DNA of 26,107 nt from a virus (IMGVR_UViG_3300004829_000007:1-26107); one strand, 5' to 3'. Shown: positions 1 through 9,265, numbered from the stretch's first letter. Program-made: numbers and translations. The notes: generated by a model not told the origin, from the letters alone.

Positions 1-672
1 GGTACTCCAAAAGAAGAGTTGATTGGTGGTAAGTTTAAATCCCAAGATGACCTCCTAAAAGCCTATCAGGAGCTTGAAAAGAAGCAATCCCAAGGCAACC
101 CAGAGGGTGAGGGCCAAACGCCTCCTACAGACGATTCTGGAGCCTCTGAGGGGGACTCTGAACCCCCTGCTGTCCCTAACTTTACAGACTTCGAGCAAGA
201 GTACGTACAGAACGGTAAGTTATCTGACGATTCTTACGCCAAACTGGAAGGTATGGGCTTCAGTAAAGATCAAGTAGATCAATACATTGCAGGTCAGTCT
301 CATTATGCTGATTCTGTTAAGTCTCAGATCCACGGCATTGCTGGTGGTGAAGAGCAATACTCCGAGCTGATTCAATGGGCTTCTGCCAATATGGATCAAG
401 CAGCGATCAAGGAATACAATGATGCAGTAGATGCTATGGATGTATCTAAGATGCAGCGTTCCTTGGAGTATATGAAACTTAAGAAAGGTGAAGCTACGCC
501 TAACCCTGCTCGTCGTATTGAAGGTGAGTCTGGTGGTACTGGTATGCAACCTTTTGCAGATAAGAACGAATGGCAACGTGCTCAAACCAACCGTTTGTAC
601 GGTAAGGATCGTCAGTATACCAATATGGTAGACCAACGATACCTAGCATCTCGTAAGAAAGGTCTTATCTAA
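1..672 (+). CDS. Capsid assembly (scaffolding) protein, T7 gp9-like; 5'-truncated by the window edge
   Basis: Frame 1 is open from base 1 (GTPKEELIGGKF...). Motifs GKFKSQDDLLKAYQELEKK, GGEEQYSELIQWA and the C-terminal RLYGKDRQY...V..R are typical of T7-like scaffolds. Lies directly upstream of the major capsid gene. Confidence 0.88.
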   Translation, partial: GTPKEELIGGKFKSQDDLLKAYQELEKKQSQGNPEGEGQTPPTDDSGASEGDSEPPAVPNFTDFEQEYVQNGKLSDDSYAKLEGMGFSKDQVDQYIAGQSHYADSVKSQIHGIAGGEEQYSELIQWASANMDQAAIKEYNDAVDAMDVSKMQRSLEYMKLKKGEATPNPARRIEGESGGTGMQPFADKNEWQRAQTNRLYGKDRQYTNMVDQRYLASRKKGLI

Positions 673-678
673 ACTTTC

Positions 679-900
679 GCTCTGGGGGCTTTTTGTCTCC
701 TTTGGCCTCCAGAGCACTTTTCAAAGGAGAATCTTTAGCTAAAGAATACGCCCTATACCTCTTGCCTGACGAGGTTACGTATAGGCTCTCTTTAAAACAC
801 ATCGTCACATGTTTAAAGTGACACTTAATGCTTGTTAAATGAGTATTCTGTAAGCCCTGAAGTTGAGGATGCGTTCTGATACCAAGGATAACTTAAAGAG
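679..900 (+). ncRNA. Putative structured RNA in the scaffold-capsid intergenic region (H-type pseudoknot plus several hairpins)
   Basis: Stem 679-689/705-715 (11 bp). Loop bases 696-704 (TCTCCTTTG) are complementary to 722-730 (CAAAGGAGA). Further stems at 752-785, 790-818, 827-847 and 846-900. The 287-nt gap is long for an otherwise tightly packed operon. Confidence 0.45.
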
Positions 901-959
901 GAAAGTCTAGACAGCTAATACATTATACTAAATAAAGCAATCATTAAGAGGAAAATATA

Positions 960-1925
960 ATGGCTTTAACTGTAAATAACATCGGTAACAACAATGCTGC
1001 GACTCGTGGCTTGCCTACCGAAATGGAAAACGCACTGGAAATCTACTACGGTTCCGTGCTAACTGCGTTTGACCGCAAGAACATCTTCTTGGACTACGTA
1101 ACTACCAAGACCATCGAAAGCGGTTCTTCTACTTCTATTCCAGTAATCGGTCAAGGTTCTGACGCTGACACCAACACTCACGTGCCAGGTACTAACCTGT
1201 CCATGAGCACCATTCCTGTTAAGGAACGTGTCATTCAGATCGACGCTCTAGAATACTTCGCTATCGCTGTTGATAAGTTTGAAGAGAAGGTTCTTCACTT
1301 TGAAACTCGTGGTGAACTAGCCAAGCAAGCTGGTGAAGCACTAGCTGTTAAGGTTGACAAGGCTGTAGCTTCTGAACTGTTACTAGCTTCTCAGACTTCC
1401 GGTACTATCGGTGGTGCTGCTGTACAAGCTGACGGTGGTGAAGTTAACAACGACTTGATCCACACTGCTTCTACTCCTAAAGCTAAGGGTGACGCTATGA
1501 TCGAAGCAGTATTCGCTGCTGTAGCTGCTCAGGAAGAGAAGGACGTAACTGGCGAAGCTATCCTTGCCGTATCCCCAACTGTATACTCCTACTTGGCACA
1601 GTCTGACGCTGTGAACAAGGACATCACCTCTGGTGACAACGGTGGTATCAACAAGGGTAACGTAATGGAAGTTGCTGGTATCCGCATCGTGAAGTCCAAC
1701 CACTTGCCTACTGACGCTGTAGACGTTGGCGGTACTAACAAGAACCTGAAGGGTATCCTGTTTACTGCTGAAGCTGTAGCTGTTGTTAAGCTGATGGAAC
1801 TGACTTCCGAAGTTAACTACATCCCAGAGCAACTGGCTACCCTGATGACCACTTACTACTCCTACGGTATGGGTGTTCTGAAGCCAGCATGTGCTACTGT
1901 TATCACTGGTGGTACTGTAGTATAA
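960..1925 (+). CDS. Major capsid protein, T7 gp10-like
   Basis: 321 aa. Motifs ALEIYYGSVLTAF, KTIESGSSTSIPVIG, ERVIQIDALEY, GEALAVKVD, AGIRIVKSNHLP and YGMGVLKPACA match the T7-like capsid pattern. RBS AGAGGA upstream and a terminator downstream. Confidence 0.95.
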   Translation: MALTVNNIGNNNAATRGLPTEMENALEIYYGSVLTAFDRKNIFLDYVTTKTIESGSSTSIPVIGQGSDADTNTHVPGTNLSMSTIPVKERVIQIDALEYFAIAVDKFEEKVLHFETRGELAKQAGEALAVKVDKAVASELLLASQTSGTIGGAAVQADGGEVNNDLIHTASTPKAKGDAMIEAVFAAVAAQEEKDVTGEAILAVSPTVYSYLAQSDAVNKDITSGDNGGINKGNVMEVAGIRIVKSNHLPTDAVDVGGTNKNLKGILFTAEAVAVVKLMELTSEVNYIPEQLATLMTTYYSYGMGVLKPACATVITGGTVV

Positions 1926-1948
1926 GACTAACTTTTAGTAGTCTTTTC

Positions 1949-1973
1949 AAGGGCATCCTTCGGGGTGCCTTTT
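1949..1973 (+). terminator. Intrinsic terminator after the capsid gene (T7 T-phi position)
   Basis: AAGGGCATCC-TTCG-GGGTGCCTTT(T): a C(UUCG)G tetraloop hairpin with a short U-tract. A second small hairpin (AAGACTA...TAGTCTT, 1924-1945) precedes it. Confidence 0.8.
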
Positions 1974-2006
1974 AGAAAGATTATTAACAACAACCAAGGA
2001 AATAGC

Positions 2007-2570
2007 ATGACTGAGATAGACGCTATCAATCGTATGCTCCGTTATATTGGGGAGCTGCCCATCCCTTCTGATGTGACTATCGACAGTCTGCCAGAAGGAC
2101 ACGAAGCTGTTCAAGCTCGTACAATCTTAAGCGAGACATTACGCGAAGAACAAGAAGAGAAGTGGTGGTTTAACTCTCTAACCATGACTTTTGTGCCAGA
2201 CGTTGACGGCTACATTACCATCCCTACTAACGTGATTATGTTTGAAAGTGATCAGTACTCTGTAGACGGTGGTAACTTATATGACCTAGAGACTATGGCA
2301 ACTACTTTCACAGCTAACGTGGAAATGGATGTACGTCTCGAAATATCCTTCGATAACATTCCCGACATCTTCCGAACTTTTATAGTACTAGTAGCTGCCA
2401 AACACTTACATGTGTACTTGAACGGTGACGAGACAACTCAAAAAGAACTAGAGACTAAGATAAACGTGCAGCGCATCAAACTAGAACGCGAGCAATTGAA
2501 ACAGTCCAAATTTAACCTAATTAAGGATACACGAGTAATCAGCCGTGGTGCTAATCCTACCGCTTTATAA
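2007..2570 (+). CDS. Tail tubular protein A, T7 gp11-like
   Basis: MTEIDAINRMLRYIGELP, QEEKWWFN and FDNIPDIFRTFI..AA are gp11-like. Start moved from GTG 1965 (inside the terminator) to ATG 2007, which has RBS AAGGA. Confidence 0.92.
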   Translation: MTEIDAINRMLRYIGELPIPSDVTIDSLPEGHEAVQARTILSETLREEQEEKWWFNSLTMTFVPDVDGYITIPTNVIMFESDQYSVDGGNLYDLETMATTFTANVEMDVRLEISFDNIPDIFRTFIVLVAAKHLHVYLNGDETTQKELETKINVQRIKLEREQLKQSKFNLIKDTRVISRGANPTAL

Positions 2571-2582
2571 TAGGAGGAACGA

Positions 2583-5048
2583 ATGCCAAAGATTAATAAA
2601 GTATATCCTCCGTTTTTTAACGGTGTGTCTCAGCAGAACCCTGAGTTAATTCTAGACAACCAATGTAAAGCGATGCACAACTGCGTACCAGATTTGGTAC
2701 AAGGACTACAGAAACGTCCACCAGCAGTCTTCCAAAGTATTCGTGATTTCACTACTTACCCCATCCTTGAGCAGGCTCGTGTATTCCATACCTATGACCG
2801 TGGCGAGGACGATGAAGAGTATATCTTAATAGCTACCAGCGAAGTTTCTGATCCTTTACAGATCTTTAACAAACTGGGTGAACCGATGGTAGTTGAGTAT
2901 CAATCGGAGCACGAAACTGACTTGAAGTTTTACTTGAAGGATAATGCACTTCGAGCACTAACTGTACAAGATCGTACTTGGATCTACTCTAAAGACGCTA
3001 TAGTTGAGCTTGATTATGCTGCAACTGAACCCCTAAATGAAAACTACGACAAAGAAGCCTTCTATTGGTTTAAACGTGGTAGTGGTGATCGCTATAACCC
3101 ATACAACTATGCTGTATATCTTGATGGTTTGACATACGCTGTTAACCCTTTGAAGTGGGCCAGTACTGAGGTGAACCCTCCAGTAGGTGCTGAAGATACC
3201 AACGTAGCTGCTCAAGACTTAGCAGATAAGATTAATGGTGTAACCGATCTATATGCTCACGGTAGTATTAGCTGTGACGAGAATTCTACACAGGATTATT
3301 CCTTCTTCGTAGGTAAAGGCCTAACACTATCTACTCCAACTGAATACGAATTAATCGTACCTGACGAGTCTCCGCAAGGTTCCTATAAATATGTGTATAG
3401 TGGTATTGTAAACTCTACTAGCTACGACTCAGTTACTGGTATGTACACTGTGAACTTTACTAACACAAGTGAAGCTCAGGATTCTAGCACCAGTACTCAC
3501 GATCATTATATTGACGCTACGTTTGACTTCAAAGTATTCTATGAGCGTAATACAGCTTTTGCTGCTGATGTAGAAGGCTCTTTGTTACGTATCTATCGTA
3601 CCGATGGTGCTGACTTCACTTACAGCACATGGGACTCTTGGGGTGACCAAGCCTCCGAAGGTTGGAAAGGATCTGTAAACAAGATTACTGACCTCCCTAA
3701 AGAGATGCCTTTTGCTGATGTAGCTGTACTGATCCAAGGCGATGCTAATAACCAATTTACCGACTACTTTGTTAAGTGGAATGGTTCTTCTTGGGAAGAG
3801 TGTCTTGATCCGAAAGCTGACCGTGGTCAACTAAGCAATATGCCTATTAAGATGGATCGTACTGCACTAGACCCACAGACAGGCGTAGCTACCTTTAAGA
3901 TTGACTTCATCGACTGGTCGATTCCTCGCGTAGGTAATGACGAGAACAACCCTGATCCTTCCTTTGTGGGACGTACAATTCAGGATATGTTCTTCTATAA
4001 GAACCGCTTAGGCCTAGCCTCTGAGGATAGTATTGTACTGTCAGAAGCTGCGAACTACACTAACTTCTATACCACTACAGCGTTGGATATTGTAGATACT
4101 GATATGATTGATATCACAATCTCTACCAACCAAGCTAGTAAGATCTATTACGCCAAGCCTTTTAATAACTCCCTGTATATCTTTACTAAATATGCACAGT
4201 ATGAACTGGTATCTGAAGGCGTATTTGGCCCAGCTACTATTAGTTTTAGTAATACTACCAATTACCCTATGGCGACTGATGTAGAGCCTGTAGTGGTTAA
4301 CGACAGCTTGTTCTTTATATCTACAACTGCTAATCGACAGCAGCTACGTGAGTATATTAATACGGAAGCGTTGAAGGTGAAAGGTGTAGATTTGAATGTG
4401 AGTACTCCTACGTATATGGATGTACCTGTTAAGAAACTAGTGGCAGATGGTGTACTAGGCTACGTCCTTTGCTGCACTGATGTGAATACGGTCTATCTAT
4501 ACAACTTCAAAGAAGATGGGCAACAACGCATTCAATCAGCTTGGAGTACATGGACTCTACTAGATGGTTTAACCACTCGTCCAAACTCTTATGAGTACTT
4601 CGAGTTAGGCAGTACCTTGCTTGTGATCTGTAAGACACAGGAAGACTATCGTTACCATCGACTCCAGTTAGATTACGCAACAGCAGGTGGGCGTATAGAT
4701 ACTACGTCTGATGGCGTAACTACTAGCAATCTAGCATATGAATCTTCTGTGACCCTTCCTGACTATTACCCACAGCTAACTGGCATCCGAACTCCTAAGA
4801 ACAAGATGCTGATTAAGAAGGTAACTATTGAAGGTGAAGGTGTATTCAATGCTGATGTGTACCGTAAGGATTACGACCATACATACACAAAATCAAGCAC
4901 TGGTTCCTTACAGGACCTGGATTTACATATTGCATCTAAGGTGGGTAACGTGGTTATAACGATTAAAGACTCATCTGAAAATGACTTTGTAATCTCTTCT
5001 GTGATTGTGGAGGGGTTATACTCTGCAACATCAAGAGAAATGAAATAA
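2583..5048 (+). CDS. Tail tubular protein B (nozzle), T7 gp12-like
   Basis: 821 aa. Motifs GVSQQ..., GLQKRPP, RVGNDENNPDPSFVG, FFYKNRLG and QSAWSTW. RBS AGGAGG. Follows gp11. Confidence 0.93.
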   Translation: MPKINKVYPPFFNGVSQQNPELILDNQCKAMHNCVPDLVQGLQKRPPAVFQSIRDFTTYPILEQARVFHTYDRGEDDEEYILIATSEVSDPLQIFNKLGEPMVVEYQSEHETDLKFYLKDNALRALTVQDRTWIYSKDAIVELDYAATEPLNENYDKEAFYWFKRGSGDRYNPYNYAVYLDGLTYAVNPLKWASTEVNPPVGAEDTNVAAQDLADKINGVTDLYAHGSISCDENSTQDYSFFVGKGLTLSTPTEYELIVPDESPQGSYKYVYSGIVNSTSYDSVTGMYTVNFTNTSEAQDSSTSTHDHYIDATFDFKVFYERNTAFAADVEGSLLRIYRTDGADFTYSTWDSWGDQASEGWKGSVNKITDLPKEMPFADVAVLIQGDANNQFTDYFVKWNGSSWEECLDPKADRGQLSNMPIKMDRTALDPQTGVATFKIDFIDWSIPRVGNDENNPDPSFVGRTIQDMFFYKNRLGLASEDSIVLSEAANYTNFYTTTALDIVDTDMIDITISTNQASKIYYAKPFNNSLYIFTKYAQYELVSEGVFGPATISFSNTTNYPMATDVEPVVVNDSLFFISTTANRQQLREYINTEALKVKGVDLNVSTPTYMDVPVKKLVADGVLGYVLCCTDVNTVYLYNFKEDGQQRIQSAWSTWTLLDGLTTRPNSYEYFELGSTLLVICKTQEDYRYHRLQLDYATAGGRIDTTSDGVTTSNLAYESSVTLPDYYPQLTGIRTPKNKMLIKKVTIEGEGVFNADVYRKDYDHTYTKSSTGSLQDLDLHIASKVGNVVITIKDSSENDFVISSVIVEGLYSATSREMK

Positions 5049-5057
5049 AGGAAAAAT

Positions 5058-6350
5058 ATGGAAACTCCAAGCAGACATACATATAGCCTTGATGGGAGTA
5101 CATTGGTGTTTCCAGTGTCCTCTCCTCTCAAAGGTGATAATTACTGTCGTGTTGAGATAGACGGTACTATCATATTTGACCGTTCTAAGTACGACATCGT
5201 AAATAATGCGATTGTATTCAAAAGTGCTGATGATGTCCCTTCGGACAGTCAATTAGACGTTCTTGTAGTACAATCGGAAGAAGCTATTGGTCAGTTAGGT
5301 ACTGCAACCAATGTAGATTTAGTGGCTCAATATTTAACTACGATTAATGAAGTTGGTAACTATTTACCCAGCATTAACACGGTAGCCTTAGAGCAAGCTA
5401 ACGTGAACCTACTTGGTTCTAACATTACTACACTAACGACTCTAGCAGACAATATTAATGAGATTAACCTAGCTGCTGATGCATCTCTAACAGCTCAACA
5501 AGCTGCGGCCTCTGCTGAAGAGTACCGTGATGCAACTCTAGTGGCTGCCGATGAAGTAACTCAAAAAGCAGCTACTGTTCATCTGATCAATCCTTCTATT
5601 ACAACCCTACCATCGGGCCAACCTGCTACTATTGTATATGAGCCTACTTCTGGGTCTATGCAGTTTAACATCCCTCGTGGGTTCCAAGGTGATCAAGGTA
5701 TACAGGGTATTCAAGGTGAAGAAGGCCCTATGGGTCCAGTTGGTCCTACAGGCGCTACAGGCCCAGAAGGACAACGTGGTCCGCAAGGTCTTACTGGCGA
5801 TACAGGTCCTCAAGGCGATCAGGGTCCATTAGGACCTACTGGTCTTACAGGTCCTACAGGTCCCCAAGGCCCTACAGGTGATGTAGGTCCGCAAGGTTTA
5901 CAAGGCCCAATAGGGTTAACTGGCCCTACAGGTGATACAGGTCCTACTGGCCCTACAGGGCCTCAAGGTATACAAGGCGAGCAGGGTCCTTTAGGCCCTA
6001 CAGGTGACACAGGACCAGTCGGTCCTCAAGGTCCTCAAGGCGATGTCGGTCCCACAGGTCCAGTAGGTCCTCAAGGCCCTATAGGTCTTCAAGGGGTACA
6101 AGGTATCCAAGGCGAGCAAGGTATCCAAGGGGATCTTGGTAACAAAGGCCCTGACGGTGATCAAGGCCCTATTGGTCCTACAGGTCCTACAGGTCCTACA
6201 GGTCCGCAAGGCCCTACTTCGTTAGGACTAGCTTTTGGACGTTTCAGTATTGAAGCTTCTACTGGTACACTTCAAGTAGAGTACTACGGAGCTGCTGATG
6301 ACCATGACTTCTCAATTAATTCAAACGGTGAGTTGGAGGTAATAATCTAA
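5058..6350 (+). CDS. Proximal tail fibre / adaptor protein with a collagen-like shaft
   Basis: N-terminal beta-rich anchor-like domain (DGSTLVFPV...VEIDG), a helical segment, 60 uninterrupted Gly-X-Y triplets (5679-6218), and a short C-terminal beta domain ([13 protein letters not shown]). Confidence 0.75.
   Translation: METPSRHTYSLDGSTLVFPVSSPLKGDNYCRVEIDGTIIFDRSKYDIVNNAIVFKSADDVPSDSQLDVLVVQSEEAIGQLGTATNVDLVAQYLTTINEVGNYLPSINTVALEQANVNLLGSNITTLTTLADNINEINLAADASLTAQQAAASAEEYRDATLVAADEVTQKAATVHLINPSITTLPSGQPATIVYEPTSGSMQFNIPRGFQGDQGIQGIQGEEGPMGPVGPTGATGPEGQRGPQGLTGDTGPQGDQGPLGPTGLTGPTGPQGPTGDVGPQGLQGPIGLTGPTGDTGPTGPTGPQGIQGEQGPLGPTGDTGPVGPQGPQGDVGPTGPVGPQGPIGLQGVQGIQGEQGIQGDLGNKGPDGDQGPIGPTGPTGPTGPQGPTSLGLAFGRFSIEASTGTLQVEYYGAADDHDFSINSNGELEVII
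5679..6218 (+). repeat. Collagen-like (Gly-X-Y)60 coding repeat
   Basis: 540 nt with 9-nt periodicity (e.g. ggtcctaca, ggtcctcaa); 60 triplets counted. Confidence 0.95.
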
Positions 6351-8008
6351 TGCCGACTTTAAATTTAGGTAAGGTTCGCCCAGCTCTTCGTGGCACATGG
6401 GATAGCCTTACAACATATGACATAATGGATCAAGTGGAATACCAAGGGTCCTCTTATGTAGCTTTACAGGACGTAGCTGCTGGTGTAGTTCCTTCTGCAC
6501 AACCTACTATGTGGCAATTGGTAGCTGAAAAAGGTGACACAGGCGCTACTGGTGCTACTGGCGCTACTGGTCCGCAAGGTATTCAAGGACCTCAAGGTAT
6601 TCAAGGTGAGACTGGTCCCCAAGGCCTGACTGGTGCTACAGGTGCTACTGGCCCTGCTGGTCCTCAAGGACCTCAAGGTGACACAGGTCTGACAGGACCT
6701 CAAGGACCTCAAGGTGATACTGGTCTTACAGGCCCTACAGGTCCTACAGGCCCACAGGGGGAAACTGGTGCTACTGGTGCAACAGGCCCTCAAGGTGATA
6801 CAGGCCCTCAAGGTGCTACAGGCGCTACAGGTCCTCAAGGCCCTACAGGTGCTACTGGTCCTCAAGGCCCTACAGGTGCTACAGGCGACTCTGCTTATGA
6901 GGAATGGCTGGCTGCTGGTAATGTAGGTACTGAAGCAGATTTCCTAGCAGATTTAGTGGGAGCTACTGGTCCTCAAGGTCCTGTAGGTCCAACAGGGGCT
7001 ACTGGTCCTGAAGGTCCGCAAGGCCCGACTGGTCTGACAGGCCCTCAAGGCCCTCAAGGCCCTCAAGGTGATACAGGTGCAACAGGCGCAACAGGTCCTC
7101 AAGGCCCGATTGGTCTGACTGGTCCTCAAGGTCCTAAAGGCGATACTGGCGCTACAGGTGCTACAGGTGCTACAGGTCCCACAGGTCCTCAAGGTCCTCA
7201 AGGTCCAGAAGGCCCTGCTGGTGCCGATGGAAGTCCCGATACTGCTGCTCAAGTACGTGATAAATTGAAAACTGTGGACGGTTCTGGTTCTGGTGTTGAT
7301 GCTGATCTACTTGATGGTCAGCATGGTAGCTACTATTACTCTGTTGGTAATCCCCCTCCTGCTGGAGGCGGTGGCTACAACATGATTGTATTTACTAGCT
7401 CCGGTACTTATACAAAATCTGCTAACGTGAAAGACATCAAAGTTACTGTTACTGGTGGCGGTGGTGCTGGCGGTGGTGTATATGGTTATTCTTCTGCGTC
7501 TGGTGGCGGTGCTGGCGGTACTGCTATCGAGTTCTTTAATGCTTCTTCTGTAAGTTCGTCTGTGGCGGTAACGGTAGGGGGCGGAGGTTCGGGATCTGCT
7601 GGTAATGGCGGTTCTGGCGGTACGTCATCGTTTGGCGGTTACTGCTCGGCTACTGGTGGTGGGGGTGGGTCAGACCCTTCTTATCCGTCTATGTGGGGTT
7701 CTGGTACTAACGGAGGTGTTGGTTCTGGTGGTTCCATTAATATAGATGGAGGTGACGGTGGTGCTGCTGCTGGCGATCAAGGTAGTGTAGACAACAAAGA
7801 TGCTGGTAACGGTGGTGCTTCTTATTGGGGTGGCGGTGGTGCTGGTGGCCGTAGCTTAAATGGTTCTGGATACTCTGATGCTACAATGCACGGCTCTGCT
7901 GGTGAGGCGTACGGTTCTGGAGGTGGTGGCGGAGCTACATCTCAGACAGCAAACGCAAAAGGTGGGTCTGGTAAAGCAGGTATTGTACTTGTTGAGGAGT
8001 TCTTCTAA
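6350..8008 (+). CDS. Distal tail fibre / receptor-binding protein (collagen-like shaft, glycine-rich tip)
   Basis: N-terminal W...TTY...[10 protein letters not shown] module. Two collagen blocks are separated by [22 protein letters not shown]. Contains the fibre motif [19 protein letters not shown] and a C-terminal GGGGAGG-rich domain. TAATG overlap with the upstream gene. Confidence 0.8.
   Translation: MPTLNLGKVRPALRGTWDSLTTYDIMDQVEYQGSSYVALQDVAAGVVPSAQPTMWQLVAEKGDTGATGATGATGPQGIQGPQGIQGETGPQGLTGATGATGPAGPQGPQGDTGLTGPQGPQGDTGLTGPTGPTGPQGETGATGATGPQGDTGPQGATGATGPQGPTGATGPQGPTGATGDSAYEEWLAAGNVGTEADFLADLVGATGPQGPVGPTGATGPEGPQGPTGLTGPQGPQGPQGDTGATGATGPQGPIGLTGPQGPKGDTGATGATGATGPTGPQGPQGPEGPAGADGSPDTAAQVRDKLKTVDGSGSGVDADLLDGQHGSYYYSVGNPPPAGGGGYNMIVFTSSGTYTKSANVKDIKVTVTGGGGAGGGVYGYSSASGGGAGGTAIEFFNASSVSSSVAVTVGGGGSGSAGNGGSGGTSSFGGYCSATGGGGGSDPSYPSMWGSGTNGGVGSGGSINIDGGDGGAAAGDQGSVDNKDAGNGGASYWGGGGAGGRSLNGSGYSDATMHGSAGEAYGSGGGGGATSQTANAKGGSGKAGIVLVEEFF
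6533..7237 (+). repeat. Two collagen-like blocks, (Gly-X-Y)40 at 6533-6892 and (Gly-X-Y)31 at 6959-7237
   Basis: GAT/GPQ/GPT triplets in the translation, with a 22-aa non-collagen interruption between the blocks. Confidence 0.93.
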
Positions 8009-8313
8009 TGGTTAAAGTATTAATACAACATGGCAAAGTCCATGAAATCTTCGGGGAGACTGCTCCTGAGTTACACGCTGACTTACTGGTTGTTGACGCA
8101 CCTAATGATGTCGAGTGTGGTTGGTTTTATGATGGCGAGGGCGGTTTTACTGTCCCTGAGTCTGCACCTGAACCTACATACAAAGAGTTACGAGCTGTTA
8201 AATACCCTTCTATTGAAGACCAGTTGGATATGCAGTATTGGGATAGTATTAATGGCACTACCACTTGGGTAGACGCTATTGCGGCTGTTAAGGCTGAGTA
8301 TTCAAAGGACTAA
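8008..8313 (+). CDS. Small tail-fibre-associated protein (possible assembly chaperone)
   Basis: 101 aa. VECGWFYDG and YKELRAVKYPSIEDQLDMQYWD...W..AIAAVKAEY are motifs commonly seen downstream of phage fibre genes. TAATG-coupled to the fibre gene. Confidence 0.6.
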   Translation: MVKVLIQHGKVHEIFGETAPELHADLLVVDAPNDVECGWFYDGEGGFTVPESAPEPTYKELRAVKYPSIEDQLDMQYWDSINGTTTWVDAIAAVKAEYSKD

Positions 8314-8324
8314 AGGAATAGCTA

Positions 8325-8615
8325 ATGACGGACTACCGTATTGAGCGTCTGGAAGAAGTATTAATAGCTCTGAAGGACGATATGGGTGATGTGAAGAAAG
8401 CTTTAGTAGAGCTTACTCGCATTGATACAATTCAAGCACAGATGGCTCAACGGCTAGATAATATTGATCAACGAATGAATAAACATTCAGAAACAATTGA
8501 TCAAATACAGATCGCTTTGGCAACAATGTCGAATCGGTCTGCTACCAATGAGTGGTTCATCCGTGTACTGATCGCAGCAGCCGTAGGTGTTGTTGCGTAC
8601 ATCATAAAAACTTAG
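8325..8615 (+). CDS. Coiled-coil protein with a C-terminal transmembrane helix (holin/XhlA-like)
   Basis: Heptad-rich N-terminal part followed by hydrophobic WFIRVLIAAAVGVVAYII. RBS AAGGA. Confidence 0.5.
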   Translation: MTDYRIERLEEVLIALKDDMGDVKKALVELTRIDTIQAQMAQRLDNIDQRMNKHSETIDQIQIALATMSNRSATNEWFIRVLIAAAVGVVAYIIKT

Positions 8616-8643
8616 GGGAGCTTCGGCTCCCTTTATTTATTTA
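8614..8643 (+). terminator. Intrinsic terminator
   Basis: AGGGGAGC-TTCG-GCTCCCTT followed by TATTTATTT; C(UUCG)G tetraloop. Confidence 0.82.
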
Positions 8644-8656
8644 GCAGGAGTAGATT

Positions 8657-9253
8657 ATGAGTGCAATGGCACTTGGTTTAATTCAAGGTGGCTTAAGTAT
8701 TGCTGGCGGCTTGGCACGTAACGCTGCTATTGAAGATGCCGCCACAAAACAACATAACGCTAACAAACTATTTATTGAACGTGACGAAAGCGTTTTACAA
8801 GAACAATTACAATTTGCTGCCACTGAGGTAGGTAACCAAGCTGGTGCTGCTCTAAGTAGTCTAGTCGTACAAGCACGTTCTACGGCTGCTACAGTAGCTG
8901 CTCAGACTGCTGAGACTAATGTTTATGGTAACCTAGCTGCTCGTAAGCAGGGAATTGTACGAATGCGTGAAGCACTCCAGGCTGACAATATTATGCAAGC
9001 CGCAGAGAGTAAGATCGTAGATGTCCAGACTAAGATGAAAGAAGTCAAATATCAGACAGAATCACGACACGCACAAAACAAACAAGATTATAACAATGCG
9101 ATGACTCAAAAGCAGTCGTCCTTTGAAATTTTAGCTAATGGCTTATCCGCAGGTATCTCTGGTTACTCAACCGGAATGGACTTGATGAGTGGTATGAATA
9201 CATTAGCGTTACAGACGCAGACAATGAATACGGCATTTAATGTCGGGCCGTAA
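8657..9253 (+). CDS. Internal virion protein, T7 gp14-like
   Basis: 198 aa, Ala/Gln-rich and helical, with hydrophobic Gly-rich ends. Its size and position before two large genes match gp14. RBS AGGAG. Confidence 0.72.
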   Translation: MSAMALGLIQGGLSIAGGLARNAAIEDAATKQHNANKLFIERDESVLQEQLQFAATEVGNQAGAALSSLVVQARSTAATVAAQTAETNVYGNLAARKQGIVRMREALQADNIMQAAESKIVDVQTKMKEVKYQTESRHAQNKQDYNNAMTQKQSSFEILANGLSAGISGYSTGMDLMSGMNTLALQTQTMNTAFNVGP

Positions 9254-9265
9254 CGAGGAGTATAC

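Noticed and set aside
811-830. SP6-like phage promoter candidates GTTTAAAGTGACACTTAATG, CTTACTTTGGACACAACAGG (18438) and AAATAGTCACTATAAC (19194)
   Set aside because: They share only a GACAC/TCAC core, do not align into one consensus and lack the TATAG initiation element. Not enough to call.
762-940. Hammerhead-like core CTGACGA (766-772) with GAAA at 901-904
   Set aside because: No closing stem II pair next to the GAAA, no stem III and no correctly placed NUH cleavage triplet.
1890-1990. T7 10B-type capsid frameshift extension
   Set aside because: No slippery run near the capsid stop, and the downstream sequence is occupied by hairpins and the terminator.
1965-2006. ORF-track starts at 1965, 21355, 24326 and 24727
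   Set aside because: They overlap a terminator, a promoter or the upstream gene. Downstream ATGs at 2007, 21463, 24335 and 24739 have better RBS or coupling context.
7360-8008. Diversity-generating retroelement target in the fibre tip
   Set aside because: No template/variable repeat pair differing at adenines and no reverse transcriptase in the window.
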